From the NCBI RefSeq assembly GCF_009914755.1, contig NC_060947.1: a stretch of 64,000 nucleotides of DNA; one strand, 5' to 3'. The DNA is from the human T2T-CHM13v2.0 reference genome, Homo sapiens. How positions within the stretch are numbered: position 1 is the first letter of the stretch; each line of letters begins with the position of its first letter. A program made the translations under genes and the position numbers. This document shows, one piece after another, positions 28,532 through 43,650 of the stretch. Below the pieces are notes generated by a model that saw nothing but the letters and a program-made list of their open reading frames with translations, was not told the DNA's origin and ran no database searches.

Positions 28532-31500
28532 TGTATGTAGTGTACTTAATAGGAAGGGACATCCTTTTAATTCTCCTCATATTTCTTATAATATGATGCA
28601 ACACATAATGTGATGCTGATTCAAAGGTATGATGTTCCCTATATAGAACTATGCTTGCACTAAGAAAATGAGAATTTACTGAGTGGTATACATGTATTCA
28701 TCTAAGCTATATTTTGTGGATATTTTATGGTACCTAAGCTATATATTTTATGGATTCTTTATAACATTTATAAAGAAAATTATAAATGTTAGGTACCTTT
28801 TGGGGATACTTCCATAATTAGTGGTTTACATATGACCATGCAGTATGAGTAGATATTTATGTGTTGTGTACCATTGTATGCTCATGCTAAGCTAATTCAT
28901 AGTAGGTGCTCAAGAAATATTTGGTAGATTAATGAATGTGATTCTGGCCATAGAAATCAGTCTTTCTCACTGAAATTTTAAGATAAAGTAGTTATACAAA
29001 TTTTACTGTGATTCATGGTTAGTTATCACTATGTAAATCATGCAATGTTGCCTATTTAAAATATCTTAATACTTGCTACAAATTATAATAACTTGTCACA
29101 TGTTCTGTGTATCCACTGGGATATCAGAAATTAATAGGAGATTCCTGAACATTGCCTATATTAAATTGGGGAAAGAATATAACCATGTTTACTTTATTTA
29201 TGCTGATGAGCATTTCTCAGTTGTAAAGGAATACATTTATAGTACAATTGCTTGTAAAAATCCATGTATTAAAGGAAATATAAGAATACTCAGTGGGCAT
29301 TTTATCTTAGATAATGAGTATCTTGATGTTAACATATCTTTAATAATAATATAAATGTCTTCATTATTAGGATTATCTTCCTACAGACAGTATTTTATAA
29401 TGTTTCATTATTATTCTATTAGCAGTGCCAATTTACACACTCAAATTAATTCAATATATTGGATTCAAACCCATTTGCAATATGTTTTTTCATTTGTACG
29501 GGGAAGGTCTCGTTTGACTGTGGGCCTCATTATGAACCTGAGGACCATAGGGCAATTGATGATAAAATCAATTCATGAAGTTTTTGTATCAAAACTTACA
29601 AAAACTTTTTAGTTTCATCCAAGTAACTTCAAATAATTATAGAATTGCTATTTATTTAATGTTTTGTAACCATTAGAAACATACAGAATAAAAGTATCCT
29701 AGGATAAGTGACATTTTGAGGTCACTATGAAAGCAGGCAATTTTTAACATATGATGTGTTGAACACTATAGGGATATTTGATGTCTCATTGCTGTTCTTT
29801 GAATTCTCTATTTATCTAAGCCTGTGGTCATGATCCCTAAGGAATGCTTTTAAAACAAGAAGGCCAAAGGCAATAATAGCCACTGGTCTGTAATTATTTA
29901 TCATGGCAAAAATATGATTAGTTCTGAAAGCCTGTCTAGTTAGAGAACTGTTCTAAACTTGTTTTTCTCTAGTGATTCTCAGAAAAGCAGTGCCCACTCA
30001 TGGAACTCTTATCACTTTTCGAACCCAGGATTTAAGCCAAGTTATATAACACAAGGAAAATATGTTGAGATTCAAGAAAGAAAACTATGAACTATAGATA
30101 TTTAGGGCATCTAATCTTAATTTTAAACAATTTGTTCACTTGAAAAGGGGAGAGGCTAGACCATATTTTAATTAAAAAATGCAAAAATATAAAGTCATTA
30201 AATGAGCATTATCTATTCCTGGGTTAGTCAGGATCCTGTTAGTTTGCAGAACCATCTTTATAGGTCCTTCATGGCACAACATGTTTTTCTTATATGTACT
30301 TGGCTAATTAGTCTCCCATAGTGAATTTTAAGGCATATTGAGATATTAGGAAAATTTTCTTGACTATTTCCTTGACTGGGTTCAAATTAGTGAATGATTC
30401 TAGAAGTAATTTCAATATGATTCAGATATTTCACATTTTATAGACAAAGGGAATGACTATTGGACTGTCATTTTCTTGTATACAATTGTCTTAAGCTGGA
30501 ACTGGCTTGACAATTAGAATAAATTAAAATGTTGATTATTGCATATGAAAGACTCTATGCTCTTAGAAAGATCCTTTGAAGAATATTTGAGATATGTTTT
30601 AATGTATTTTAAAACATATTTGGAAATATATACAGATAAATATCAACATAAAATATATTCTTTTAATATATTTTAAGAGAAATACATTAAAAGTCACTTT
30701 TCTTCCAGTAGTAGCAATGACTATTATGTTGAATCCACATGGCAAACTGCTTGCCATGTCTCATAAGATCATAATTTCTAAGTATAATTATCCATTCTCC
30801 TTAGACTGCACATAACTTTAGATTGGCCAGTCTGGTAAAATTTAGCACTGTTAGGAGTTTAGTTATCCAGGTAATTTATTTTATTAATATCTGGTATTTC
30901 TGTAGCATGCTCATTTAATTTTTCTGTATTTTGTACCATTAAAACAAAGGAAGTCTTAACGGACTTCCAGTATTTTGATGAATTCTGTAGAATGTTGCTT
31001 CCAAGATGGTAACATCTATGAACATATTGCCTAAGTAAAAGTGTACTGTGGTTTTATGTTGCTTTTTCTCTAAAAAAGAAAATCAATAATGCATTTGTGG
31101 TCTTTTTAACAAAGATTAGGTGAATTAAAATAATATCATTATTGCCTCAAAATGAAGTTATCTTTTTAACATTGATAAAGCAGCAGCATGATTATGGTCA
31201 TATATGAACCAGTGATGTAATTTAGCAGCATGAATTTGGGGGCAAGGACCTAACACTCTACTTGACTGAAAAAGTACTAGCTTTACTTTTCTTATATTTT
31301 CTGATGGCCCCATTACTTACAACCCTGTTTTTATATTGGAAAAGGTAAACTGCCAACACTTGAGTACAATGGTAGCTGTAAAATTTCTATACCGGAGGGG
31401 TTTGGGGATTTAACTTAATGCTTTATTTTCATAGCAGACAGCCACATTGTTTTTTGGGCCGGCCTACTTGGGGAGTTGGCTGATGGAGGTTATGGAAGGC

Positions 31501-32225
31501 TAAAGCCACTCCTTGGCACTGCTACTCCTTACCCTTTCAGTCCTTTAAACTGTTTTTAATTATACTGTTACCTTCTAAAGAAAGCAAAGTAAATCTTCTG
31601 TTCTAAGGAAGCAAATAGTATTTTTCAAATAGCGAGGGATACAAAGCTAAATTACTCAAAAGAACACATTGCTGAGTCTGTTTAATTACATGTATGCAAA
31701 TGGTGCTACTGTTGTACAAATTGCAAATGGTTCATAACTATTCTTCAAAACAGTCTCAGCAGGAATTTGTATATGGCAACCTGTTTAGCAGTTAAACTTA
31801 CCTTAGGTGCTTTAAAGCAATTTCACTGAATTGTTTAAATTTTAGCATATTTTGAGAGAAATGCATGTCTTCCTTTTCCCTCAATTAGTTCAGATTAGTG
31901 AGGTTGTACTATATATTTAATTCCAGTACTGCTGTAGGTACCTGGTAAAGGAGTAATTAATGTTGCGTATTAGGTAAGAAGGAGCAATTGATTTTTGGTT
32001 CATTTGGCTTATCTTTTCTGCTTAAGTGCTGATATTTAATTTGTAGTGAAAACTCTAAACAACTCTGTATTTTTATGTTTATCCTCTTCCTTGAGCTAAT
32101 GAAATCAACACATTTATTGATTTCAGAATGAGCTTTATTAATGTAGTTAATATGCCTTACTAATGTTATTCCGTGTACTTGGATTAGTACCCTTATTGTT
32201 TATGAATCAACATTTTTTCTTTCAG

Positions 32226-32327
32226 TTCAAAAGAACGCAGAAGCATTAGAAGAAAAGAAGACTGGGCCTACAAAGAAGAAAGTGAAAGAACTGAGAATTT
32301 TGGATCCCAAAACAGCTCAGAATCTGT
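32226..32327 (+). CDS. DIAPH2: Internal coding exon of a diaphanous-related formin, start of the FH2 region shown; 102 nt, phase 1 to phase 1: (V)QKNAEALEEKKTGPTKKKVKELRILDPKTAQNL(S)
   Basis: Acceptor ttttttctttcag|TT at 32225/32226 and donor CTGT|gtatgt at 32327/32328. The open frame contains the formin FH2 motif KKKVKELRILDPKTAQNLSIFL when joined to the next exon. The peptide matches human DIAPH2 as I recall it. Confidence 0.95.
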
Positions 32328-33410
32328 GTATGTAATATTTTCTTCGTAGGATTGGTATAGGTAACGGTGAGAGGGGTGGGAGCTGTTTAATGTATTTAAT
32401 GAAAGTTGTAACCTTTTTAAACAGGCATATTTAGCATCTTCTAGAAACAAAATCCTGTGTAAACATGATTTGGTTGCCTTTTTGTCACTTAGCCAGTAAG
32501 GAGAAAATTCTAATTCAACCTCTGTCAGGCCAGATGAAACTTGGGAATAGTAAAGATTTGGAAAGTAATGATAATAAAACACTGTTGGAGGACATAGTGA
32601 AACATAAGGCAGAATTGACAAAAAGTGATTTTTTTTTCCTTCTCTCTAGACCTGGGATTGATAGTTTTAGAGTATTCACTAGTTACATTGGAAAAATCCT
32701 TCTACTGCTATTCCTTTATGTCTGAAGTAATTGCGATGTGAGCTACTTAAATTGTTAACCTTAACTGCATTTAAAAACTGGTTAGTGAATCTTGAAGCCT
32801 TTAACAAACCAGTCAGCCATTAAGTATACCTTTTCTAAAGCAGATGGACAGTTAAACCCATCTTCATTTATGTAAGCCTTTAAGTTTTAACATACTCTTC
32901 CCTCTGTCTTGAAATCAGAATTTTTGGTCTGTCACTACAGTAGACTGTGTTTAGATTTTGCTGATACTAAAACACTATGCATCAGAGATTTCCACACATC
33001 AAGCATGTCTAATTGCACAAAGTAATACCATGGGAGCTTATTTTGTTAAGGAATGTGGTATAGGGAATCATTACAATAAACAAAACATCATTCTCATGTC
33101 AGTAGAAATGTTGCTTTCAGAGAAGCAGTTTATCAGTAGCTGTTGTGAATGTGTACATTGCTTATTTGATAGTACATTTTCAAAGTTGACGTTCAGTACT
33201 TTTCTTTAAAACACAGTAGGATCTCAATTGCTGGTTGATTTCTGTCAACATTATTCTTTTAGATTGTGGAGATCTCATTTGGTCTTATGTATAAGGTAAT
33301 CATTTGTCTATAGAGTGAGGATTTTGTTTTCTTTTGGTATGGCTGAAGGCATATAGACCTTTTCATGAAAAAAAGAAAACAAAATTCTTAGAAGTGTTCA
33401 AGTTCTGCGT

Positions 33411-33711
<301 letters not shown>

Positions 33712-34405
33712 AGAAATGTTCAAGTTCTGGTGATAAGAACACATCTGTGTTCTTTAAAAAATATGTTTAATGGAACATGTTGTTGCAAGTACCTTCTGAA
33801 TAATTGTTAGCTATTCTAGGTTTAATTTGCTGAATTATTCCAATATGATATCATAGATTTCCATTTAAGAAAAAGTTGGCAGGGGAAATTGTGAGTCAAT
33901 ATATAAAGTAAGTAATAGTGTACCACAGGAATATAAGCAGGAATGCAGAGCACACTGATGATTTAGGCACTTTAATTTTTTTCTTATGTGGGAGAATTGC
34001 AGAGTAGATGGATATGATTTTTTATTTGGTTATTTTATTGTCTTTCCTGAGAAATACTGTGTTGGGTGCATCTGACAATCTCCACACTAAGTTCTTCATT
34101 GAATAAAAAGGTCAACTTGAAATAAAATCTCTTAAGTTTTCATGGGTCATTTTGTGTTATCATCCTAATCTAAAAGGCATAAGCATGTAGTCATGAATGC
34201 TATTAGTAGGAATTTTATTTTGTGTGTAAATATGCACTAGCTATAAACATTACAGCCCGAGAAAATATGCCATTTTGTCTAGATGGATAGAGTGAGTAGT
34301 CCATCAAATGGAACAACTTTTGTTTGTTCATAATTCTGTATATTAGTGACAAATTTCATATTTTGAGTCTATGAAATGAAAATCAGACGTTTATTAGGAC
34401 TTTAA

Positions 34406-34567
<162 letters not shown>

Positions 34568-35019
34568 TGAAATTCATTTTCACAGATTTTTTTGGACTAT
34601 TCTCTTCTCAATGGAGTTGTAAGAAAATTCTCTTCTATAATTAGATTTTTAAAAAGACATTGAATAGTTTAATAAAATCAGGAATATCTAGCTGTGTTGA
34701 TAGTAAGGGGACTCAGTATAGAAAATCTAGGTTCTAATTCTGTTTCTGCCACTTATAAGCTATATATCCGTTTCAGTATAAGCATATGCATATATAGACA
34801 TATCATTGTCCATTATTCACTGTACATACAGTTACATGTACTTCATCACCAAAATGGCTGCATTAAGTGTATATTGTTCTTACCATTTTATGGGTGAAAA
34901 ACCTGAGGGGTCAAGAGGTTAAATAGCTTGCTGAAAATTAGTGGGTATTTAACATACCCATTGTTAAGTTGAGTATCTAACTTTTACCCAACTCTGTTTG
35001 GGTACATAACATGTATTGC

Positions 35020-35225
35020 TGATTATGGCTAGCACTTTCTGTATTTTTTATTTCATTGAATCCTACAGTAATCCTATGAGATAAGCACTATTATTCTCAT
35101 TTTACAAATAAGGAAACTGAGGTTTAGAGAGATTGCCCAATTTCACAAAGCTTGTAAGTGGTGTAAGTTGCAAAGTACCAGAACTAGGATTCAAAACAAT
35201 GTCTGTCTTGACTCTAAAGCTGTTA
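35020..35225 (-). mobile_element. MIR
   Basis: aatcctatgagataagcactattattctcattttacaaataaggaaactgaggtttagagag is the MIR core on the antisense strand. Confidence 0.8.
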
Positions 35226-35534
35226 TATTATTCTGCTTTCCATGAACAAACTGTTTAATCTTTCTAAACCTCTATTTTCTCATTTGAAATTACAGGGTCA
35301 TTGTGAGGTTTTAACCAAATAAAGTGCTTTGTATGATAAAGGACTATACAGAGCTGACACATTATTTGAATTCTTGGTATGTCTGGCCCTGTCTGGTTTA
35401 ATTTTTGAAAGGAATAACTGTAAAGATTTCTGTGGAAGGGTATAGTCATTGTAGTTTTTTCTGTTTTTCTTTATTTTGTTGTTTTTTGTTTTTGAGCCAT
35501 GAGTTGGTTTTGAGTTTTAGAAAACATCAAATAG

Positions 35535-35860
<326 letters not shown>

Positions 35861-37603
35861 TTAAATAGCTTATGCTATAACTTTAACAATTTTGCCATAT
35901 TCCCTGCAAACTCTAAATCTCAGAGAACCTGCATATATAATTTGAGCAAGTGATGTCTCTGTGGAAGCTCTTCTATTTTGGATTGTAGGCTTACATTAAA
36001 GTTTACCTCATATATATGTCTTAAATCTAGGCGTGATTTTTAAAAATAGGACTCAGGTGTAATAAGATGACCTATGTCATCTCTTCCTTGTTTTTAGACC
36101 TCCATTCCCTTTTCTAAGCCTTTATCTCTTTATCTTTTTCATGTATCTGTATATTTTACCCATATCCTGCTTTACCCACCAATTTTGTGCCTTCTGTTTG
36201 CTGAGGACTTTTTTAAAGCCAACTTGCTTTCCTTCTCAGTACCAGATACTCTGAAGTTTCTTCTCAATCCTTACCCTGTTTGATCAAAACCCATTTTCTT
36301 AGTTTTGCTTGTGGGAAGAAAACAGTTTAACATGTAGTATAATGTACATAATTGGAATTGTGCTACTTGGGTACGGGTGTAGGGCCTAAGTGGCGAGTAA
36401 CTTACCTGAGTTATTAAGGTTAGTATTGCTTTTATCTAGACAAATCAAATGTCTGAGTATCTTCTGGTAAGGAGGATGGATGCTCCTGGGTAGAAATAAT
36501 TACATGATTTTCTAGTCCCCAAGAGAGATGACTTCCCTCTGTCAGGAGAAAAGACTATAATCACTAGCACCTTTTTCTACCCCCAATTCCAGAACATTTG
36601 TTTCAGTGATGGAAAAGTAACATCAATTTGCCATTCATTTGAGCTGTTTACCATTTATGTCTAATTACCATGTAGCACATCGATAATGCATGGCATTAAA
36701 TGTGTATCATCAGATTAACTTTGTTGTAAGTTCTATTTGATTACAGTGCTAAACTCCATCCATGCATAATTATTGTTTTTTGCTCATGTAGCATGGTTGT
36801 CTCCTCATAGCAACAAAAACAACAAACAACAATTAAGGATACATCACTTCCCAGAACTTGAATTAACAGTAGTAGTATTTTCTCTTCCAGTATGGGTCAA
36901 TAGGCTCTTGCTGGGCAGACAACTGATAGAATTTAGTTAGTTGGCAGGATAATTGTCTTACTTAAAAAACAAAAAACAAAAAACAGAAAAACTTTTATTT
37001 AATCAGCAAGATCCAGCTCTAAGTTGAAGCTTATTAATAAATATCAATTTTCATTTTATTTCAAAATATCTAAATTTAAGCTAGAAAATGAGTTCTCTAT
37101 GTGGGAAAAATTGAAATGGCCTAAAATACTTGCAGTAGCACGTAGAAACATTTAAAAGTACACCATATCCTGAGGTTGTTGAGGAGTTTTTAATACATGT
37201 AATTATGAGTTACTGTCAAATAATGTGTACTAAATTTTGGTGACTTTTAGAATCATTATTCTAGCCTTCAAAATTTGTTTCAGTATAATTGAATTTGATC
37301 TATTGAGAGAAAAATCTAAGACCAATCAGTCAGTGCTTTTTAGGATATCAGTGGTAAAACAGAAATATGTATAGACACACATATAGAGCATTGACAGAGT
37401 AATGAAACGAGCGGTTTGAAAAAAGTGATGCATGTGTGAAGGGAAAAATAAAAGTATGTTCTATTTGAGATCCTTAGTGCATGCAAATGATTCTAGGTAG
37501 GGAGTTTATACTTATATTCTTAAGGAATATGTGAAAAAAAGATGATCAACATAAAAGATAGTGTATTATTACTGCAGAATAATTTCTAAAGATATGATAA
37601 AGC

Positions 37604-38030
37604 ATAGGTTGGTAACCTGGAGTTCAAAGCCCTCTTTGGGGACCCATGGAGAGAATTCAGGGGGTCCTGAACTTGTATGCGAAGAATATTACATCTTTAT
37701 TTTCATTATCTTCTAATTAATATTTAGCATATTATTTAAGAGTATAGGCAACAGACCAAAGTAGTATTAACAGTACCTCTAAGTTTTTCACTAATAGAAA
37801 TAATAAATATTTTCATATCACATTATAGTTGTGGCAGAGATCTTAAAATACTGTTACAGTCATTAATGCTTCAAAATTACAGTACTTATTAGAGCTGCGA
37901 CTAGAAATTATTTTTAATGCTTTAATCAAGCACTTCTATCATTATATCACTATTTTGGTAAATATGTTGATAACTATTTAAATGTAATTGGTATTTTATA
38001 TAATCCTATTTATTTTATTTTATCCTGATA
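37604..38030. mobile_element. hAT-Charlie element (Charlie4a-like)
   Basis: aacctggag...ccatggagagaattcagggggtcctgaacttg...attacatctttattttca...atttagcat. Recalled similarity only. Confidence 0.5.
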
Positions 38031-39394
38031 TAGAGGTTCACAGAAGGTGAACTGTAGGGTAGGGTGGGCTGTGGTTAAGGTAGTCTTCCTGGAAGAAGTG
38101 TTCTAGACTTTGAAACACTAGTAGGATTCAGTTAGAGAGGGCTAGGATAGGAGAATGGTGGCCAAAGGCTTGAGGTATATAAAGGATACTGTCTTTATTT
38201 TTCTGGTATAGATAAGCCGTCATATAGGGTAGCAATGAGAAAGAGCGCATAAAAGATTAGTAGCTTGGTGGTGGTCATATTTTAGGGGCACACAGATAGC
38301 AAATTGGTGACTCACAGGCATTCACGCTCTCTACCTCTCACTTTCTCTCCCTCACTTCTGTTTTATTTGGCCTTTCTAGTGCCTAATCAGTGAAATTTTA
38401 ATGTCACACACTCTCCGGTTTGCCACAGGTGCCACCACTCCCTATTGCATTTTACTTACTCTGACTCATTCCTAACCCCTATATACACCAGAAGTTTTGA
38501 TCCCTGGTAGACAACATGAATGCTGAGCTATTGAGTTTGGTCATGGTCAAATTGTGTGCTTAGGAAAGGTACTCTTAGCTGCAGTACATCAGATGGCTTG
38601 ATGTAAAGAGACTTGACATAGGGAGATCATTGCAGTTTCAAGCATAAGGTGTAATAAAGCCCTGAATATTTCAGAAGTAGGAGAAAAGGGAATTTGGGTA
38701 AATAAGGAATTTTTAAAAAAATTATTAATTGAAAAATCCTGGTGGTAGAGACAGTGGTTGTAGCCCTGACACAAACAGGCAAATCGGGTAGGGGAGAAAA
38801 TACTTTCAGGGCAAGGGAGAAAAATTTTACAAAAAACATTACATTGGAAAATGTATTGGAGGTCAGAATAGAGGCTGAGACTGAAAATAAGGATTTTTGG
38901 AGTCATTTACAAAGAAGTGATTGTTAGAATATCAGGACCAATGGAGTTCTTAAGTTTCCTCATGAAAAAAGTAACAAATGGAAAGTTAAGGACTGCATAT
39001 CTGGGGACTATACATGTCAAGGGGATGGGAGCTATTAGAGAAATCAGAGCAAAAGGAGTCAGCATATCAGAGAGATGGCCAGGATGCTATAGTGTATCAT
39101 CAAAGCCAACACAAGAGGCTTTTAAGGAGTGATGAATAAGAGAATGAGATTGGGAGAAGAGATATTTCCTTCGATATGTCAGATTATAATGACTTATTTA
39201 GTTTAAATAGTTATTTTTCTATAGTTTTTTCTTGAAACAATCTACACTATATACCAGACACCTGTATTCCTTAAGCAACTGTTCTGTTTATTCATGGTAT
39301 TTTGGTCTCTGTCTCCCTTATAAGGGACATCTGCATTCCTACTGGGCATGCAACTGTCTGGTGTCCTATCTATTGTTCTTCTTCCACTTGTATT

Positions 39395-39600
39395 GTTTTT
39401 TGTTTGTTTGTTTGTTTTGTTTTTGACATTTCCTTCCTTCCTTTCTTCCTTCTCTCCCTCCCTCCTTCTTTCCTCTCTTCCTGCTACTTTCTCTTACATT
39501 CTTTTCATTCCCTTCCTCCCTCATTCCCTTCTTCCTTCCCTCCCTTCCTCCTCTCCTCCCTCCCTTCTTTTCTTCCTTCCTTCCTAAGTAAATTCTTTCT
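39395..39600. repeat. (TTTG)n followed by a ~170-bp CT-rich (TTCC/CTCC)n low-complexity tract
   Basis: Directly visible polypyrimidine tract. Confidence 0.9.
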
Positions 39601-39939
39601 TTGATGAAAGACCTTAATTTTCCTTAATAATACCTAAGGTGAAATACAGCTCCTGGATGCCTCCATACCTGGAAACTACAGAAATACCTCCATAGATGTT
39701 TCTCTACGATGCATACATGGGACTATGCCAGCTTGCTTCTATCCCCCACAATCCCCCTCCCCCGCCCCACCAATAATTTCTACATATATTGGCTGTTTTA
39801 CTTTTCTGAAGCCCATTTGAGTAACCAGCACTGTACTCAATGTGTGGTATTTATAGGTTGCTACACGATTATGTTTTCTCAAATGTGATTTTTATCTCAA
39901 AACAGATTATATGATCTATATAACTTATTATTGGATACC

Positions 39940-40120
39940 GACAGAATAATCAGAATGACACGAAGATCATCTAGTCCATTCCCCTGATTCCAGGCAATGC
40001 TACACCTAAGTCATCAAAGATAGATGGGTATCTATTGATTCTGCAGGGAAAAAAGATTCTTCAACTTCCCTCAATTAACCAGTTCTAGAGTATAATTATT
40101 CTTATAGTCAGGAAGCTCAT
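39940..40120 (-). mobile_element. L3/CR1 3' fragment
   Basis: gaagatcatctagtccattcccctg...gattcttcaacttccctc...ccagttctagagt...agtcaggaag resembles the antisense CR1/L3 3' end. Confidence 0.55.
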
Positions 40121-40822
40121 GCATGTGTAATAGTAGAGCTCGTTTTTGTCTCCTCAATCCATCTTTGTAATCATTGATCTATTTACGTGGCTATCGACCA
40201 TCTGTATTTTATGCAGGCTTGTGAGTCTGCATGTGTGCGTGCACTTTACGAGGGTTGATGACTTTAGAAGACTACAAGTATGTCAATTAAGGCTATAATG
40301 GCATTAGTATTGTAGAATTTGAAAACATTTTTCTCTTAAATAACAACTTGTATTCACCATGTTCATTTTCATAATTCTTTAGGGAAAATGAAACAGTAGC
40401 AATGACAGTAACAATCATAAAACATTTCTTTCTTATTTCTCATCATGGTGGAATAATTATGGCATGCTTTTGCAGTCTGAAAATTCTTTTATCTATAAGC
40501 TGCTCTTCTTTCACATCTTTGGCTCTTAAATAGGTGATTAAAAATTTTTTTTTGTTTTTTTCTTTTATTGACGTTTCCTTTGACCCTTGTTTGCTACTTT
40601 CAGTCTATTATTATAATTACACATATTCCAAGCAAATGTTATCGCTGCTTATTTTTATTCTCTCTATGTCTATTATTGATTAATGCCAGTATTTTCATTT
40701 GTCACCATCACCAGCTGTGTTGTTGTTCACAGAGAAAGAAAAGGTAGCTTTAAACAATTAATTTTTTCTTGTACTAATTGGATTGTGCAAAATGTTTTTA
40801 AAATATAAAAAATTGAGCCTAT

Positions 40823-41443
<621 letters not shown>

Positions 41444-41622
41444 TCACTAACAGTTCAGTAAGATGCGATCTCAGAAATCATATTTTATGCTGCCTTGGAC
41501 ACTTTAAACCATGGTAGAACTTCATTAGAATTTTGATTCTTTCATACTATATCCATTGGGTCTATTGAAATTAGACGATGGTCAGGGTAGAACAGGAATT
41601 TCCTCATAAGTGTAAAACTAGG

Positions 41623-42051
<429 letters not shown>

Positions 42052-42740
42052 CTAGCTGTGAGGCTACTTCCAGACAAAAAGCATTAGACACTTAGCCTAA
42101 GAGATTCAGGGTACAGGAGTCAAGGCTATAATGTCCTTGATGGAATTATCAGAGAGATAGAGAACAATCATGATTTCCTCCCCCAGCTAGCTCCCTATTC
42201 ATTTTTTGTAGCATACAAATTTGTTTTAAATCCAAAGCTTATTGGCTAGTCATATATTTAACAAATTATACACTTTTGTAATTGATCATATCTATAAAAC
42301 CACTTTCTCTTATGTACTAAAGAGGTAATCAAAACCTTTCCTTCTATACATAAGGAATAAATCTTTACATTCTTTTTGCAAGGTTCTATTATAATTCTAG
42401 ATATCCTCCTATGTAAAATAGAAATGTACCTAGTTATTAAATCTTTTAAAGACTTGTGATAGTTATAGTATAATCTAACATAATATAAAATTTAACATGC
42501 TATGGCACACTTTAACATAGTATAATAACGGGTATAACGTAATGGTATTTTAACTAATCTCTTTAAAATATTTTAGGAAGGCAGGAAGGAATACACAAGG
42601 GAAATTTAAGTCTTTTAATTTCTTAAACTCAGTGGTAGACACGTAGATTCATTGTCTTTGTATCCATCTTCGTGTCTTAAATATTACACAATGAATAAAT
42701 TTAAAAGTATTTAGCAAGTGCTGAAAGCGTATGCTTAAAT

Positions 42741-42967
42741 CAGGTTTCCTCTACTTTGGCACTACTGATGTTTTGGGCCCATTTTTCTCTCTCTCTCTTC
42801 TTTTATTTTTGACTACTGTCCTGTACATTATAGGATGTTTAGCAGTATCTGTGGCTCTACCCACTGGATACCAGTAGCAGCTCCACCACCAGTTGTGACA
42901 ACCCAAATTGCCTCTAGACTTTGAAAAATCTCTGGGGTGCAAAATTTTCCCTGGCTGAGAACCATTG
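42741..42967. mobile_element. MER20 hAT-Charlie MITE
   Basis: ggcactactgatgttttgggcc...ctgtcctgtacattataggatgtttagcag...ctctacccactggataccagtagca...ccagttgtgacaacc...ggctgagaaccattg. Confidence 0.85.
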
Positions 42968-43454
42968 TCTTAAGAATTACTTTTATTTCTGAAGTATATG
43001 TAGTAAAGTTTCAGAATTTAATACGTTCCCAATCATTTGCTTTTATTTTCCGTGTTTATTATAAACTTCGTGACAGGTTTTGGACATTTAATTAGTATAG
43101 GTCCAAACAAAATGATACCATACATTTACAAATTCTATATCCCAGGAATGGAAAGTACTCATGTTAAGCTCTGATTCTGACAGAATGCATTCCTGTTACG
43201 TTGCAAATACCACTAGTCAAGCATTGCTTAAAGTACAGGTCATAATTGTTTTCCACCTGTGAATACAGGCAATCATATCAGTGTGAATAGGCTTTTTTTT
43301 TTCCTTTACCACATAGTATTTACATTTATAGTTTAATAGTGCTGAGCAATTCACTTTACACCATTTTTAAAAGCTTATTTGTTTTTGTTTTGTTTTTTTT
43401 TAAATATGTCATTTAGATAAATCAAATAATATCATGGTAACGACTTCTTCTCTG

Positions 43455-43650
43455 AAGTGAAGAGAGCTGGGTCTGAATCCCAGCTCTGCCACTCACCAGC
43501 CATATGAATGGGAGAAAGTTACCTAACCTCTCTGAGTCCATTTTCTTTTATCTTTTAAATAGCTAGTAAGTTTATTGAACGGATCAAATTAAATAACACA
43601 TGAAAAAGTCCCCTAGCACATTGCTGGTTACATGATAGGCGCACAAAGAA
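43455..43650 (+). mobile_element. MIR
   Basis: ctgggtctgaatcccagctctgccactcaccagc...aagttacctaacctctctgag. Confidence 0.75.

Noticed and set aside
30737-30759. 9-bp stem hairpin acatggcaa-actgc-ttgccatgt
   Set aside because: Short enough to be expected by chance in 64 kb.
32268-32621. 117-aa minus-strand ORF overlapping the first exon
   Set aside because: No recognisable domain or gene structure; antisense to a real exon and consistent with chance.
39232-39604. Overlapping Phe/Leu/Ser/Pro-rich ORFs that look like membrane proteins
   Set aside because: They result from the stop-free CT-rich simple repeat.
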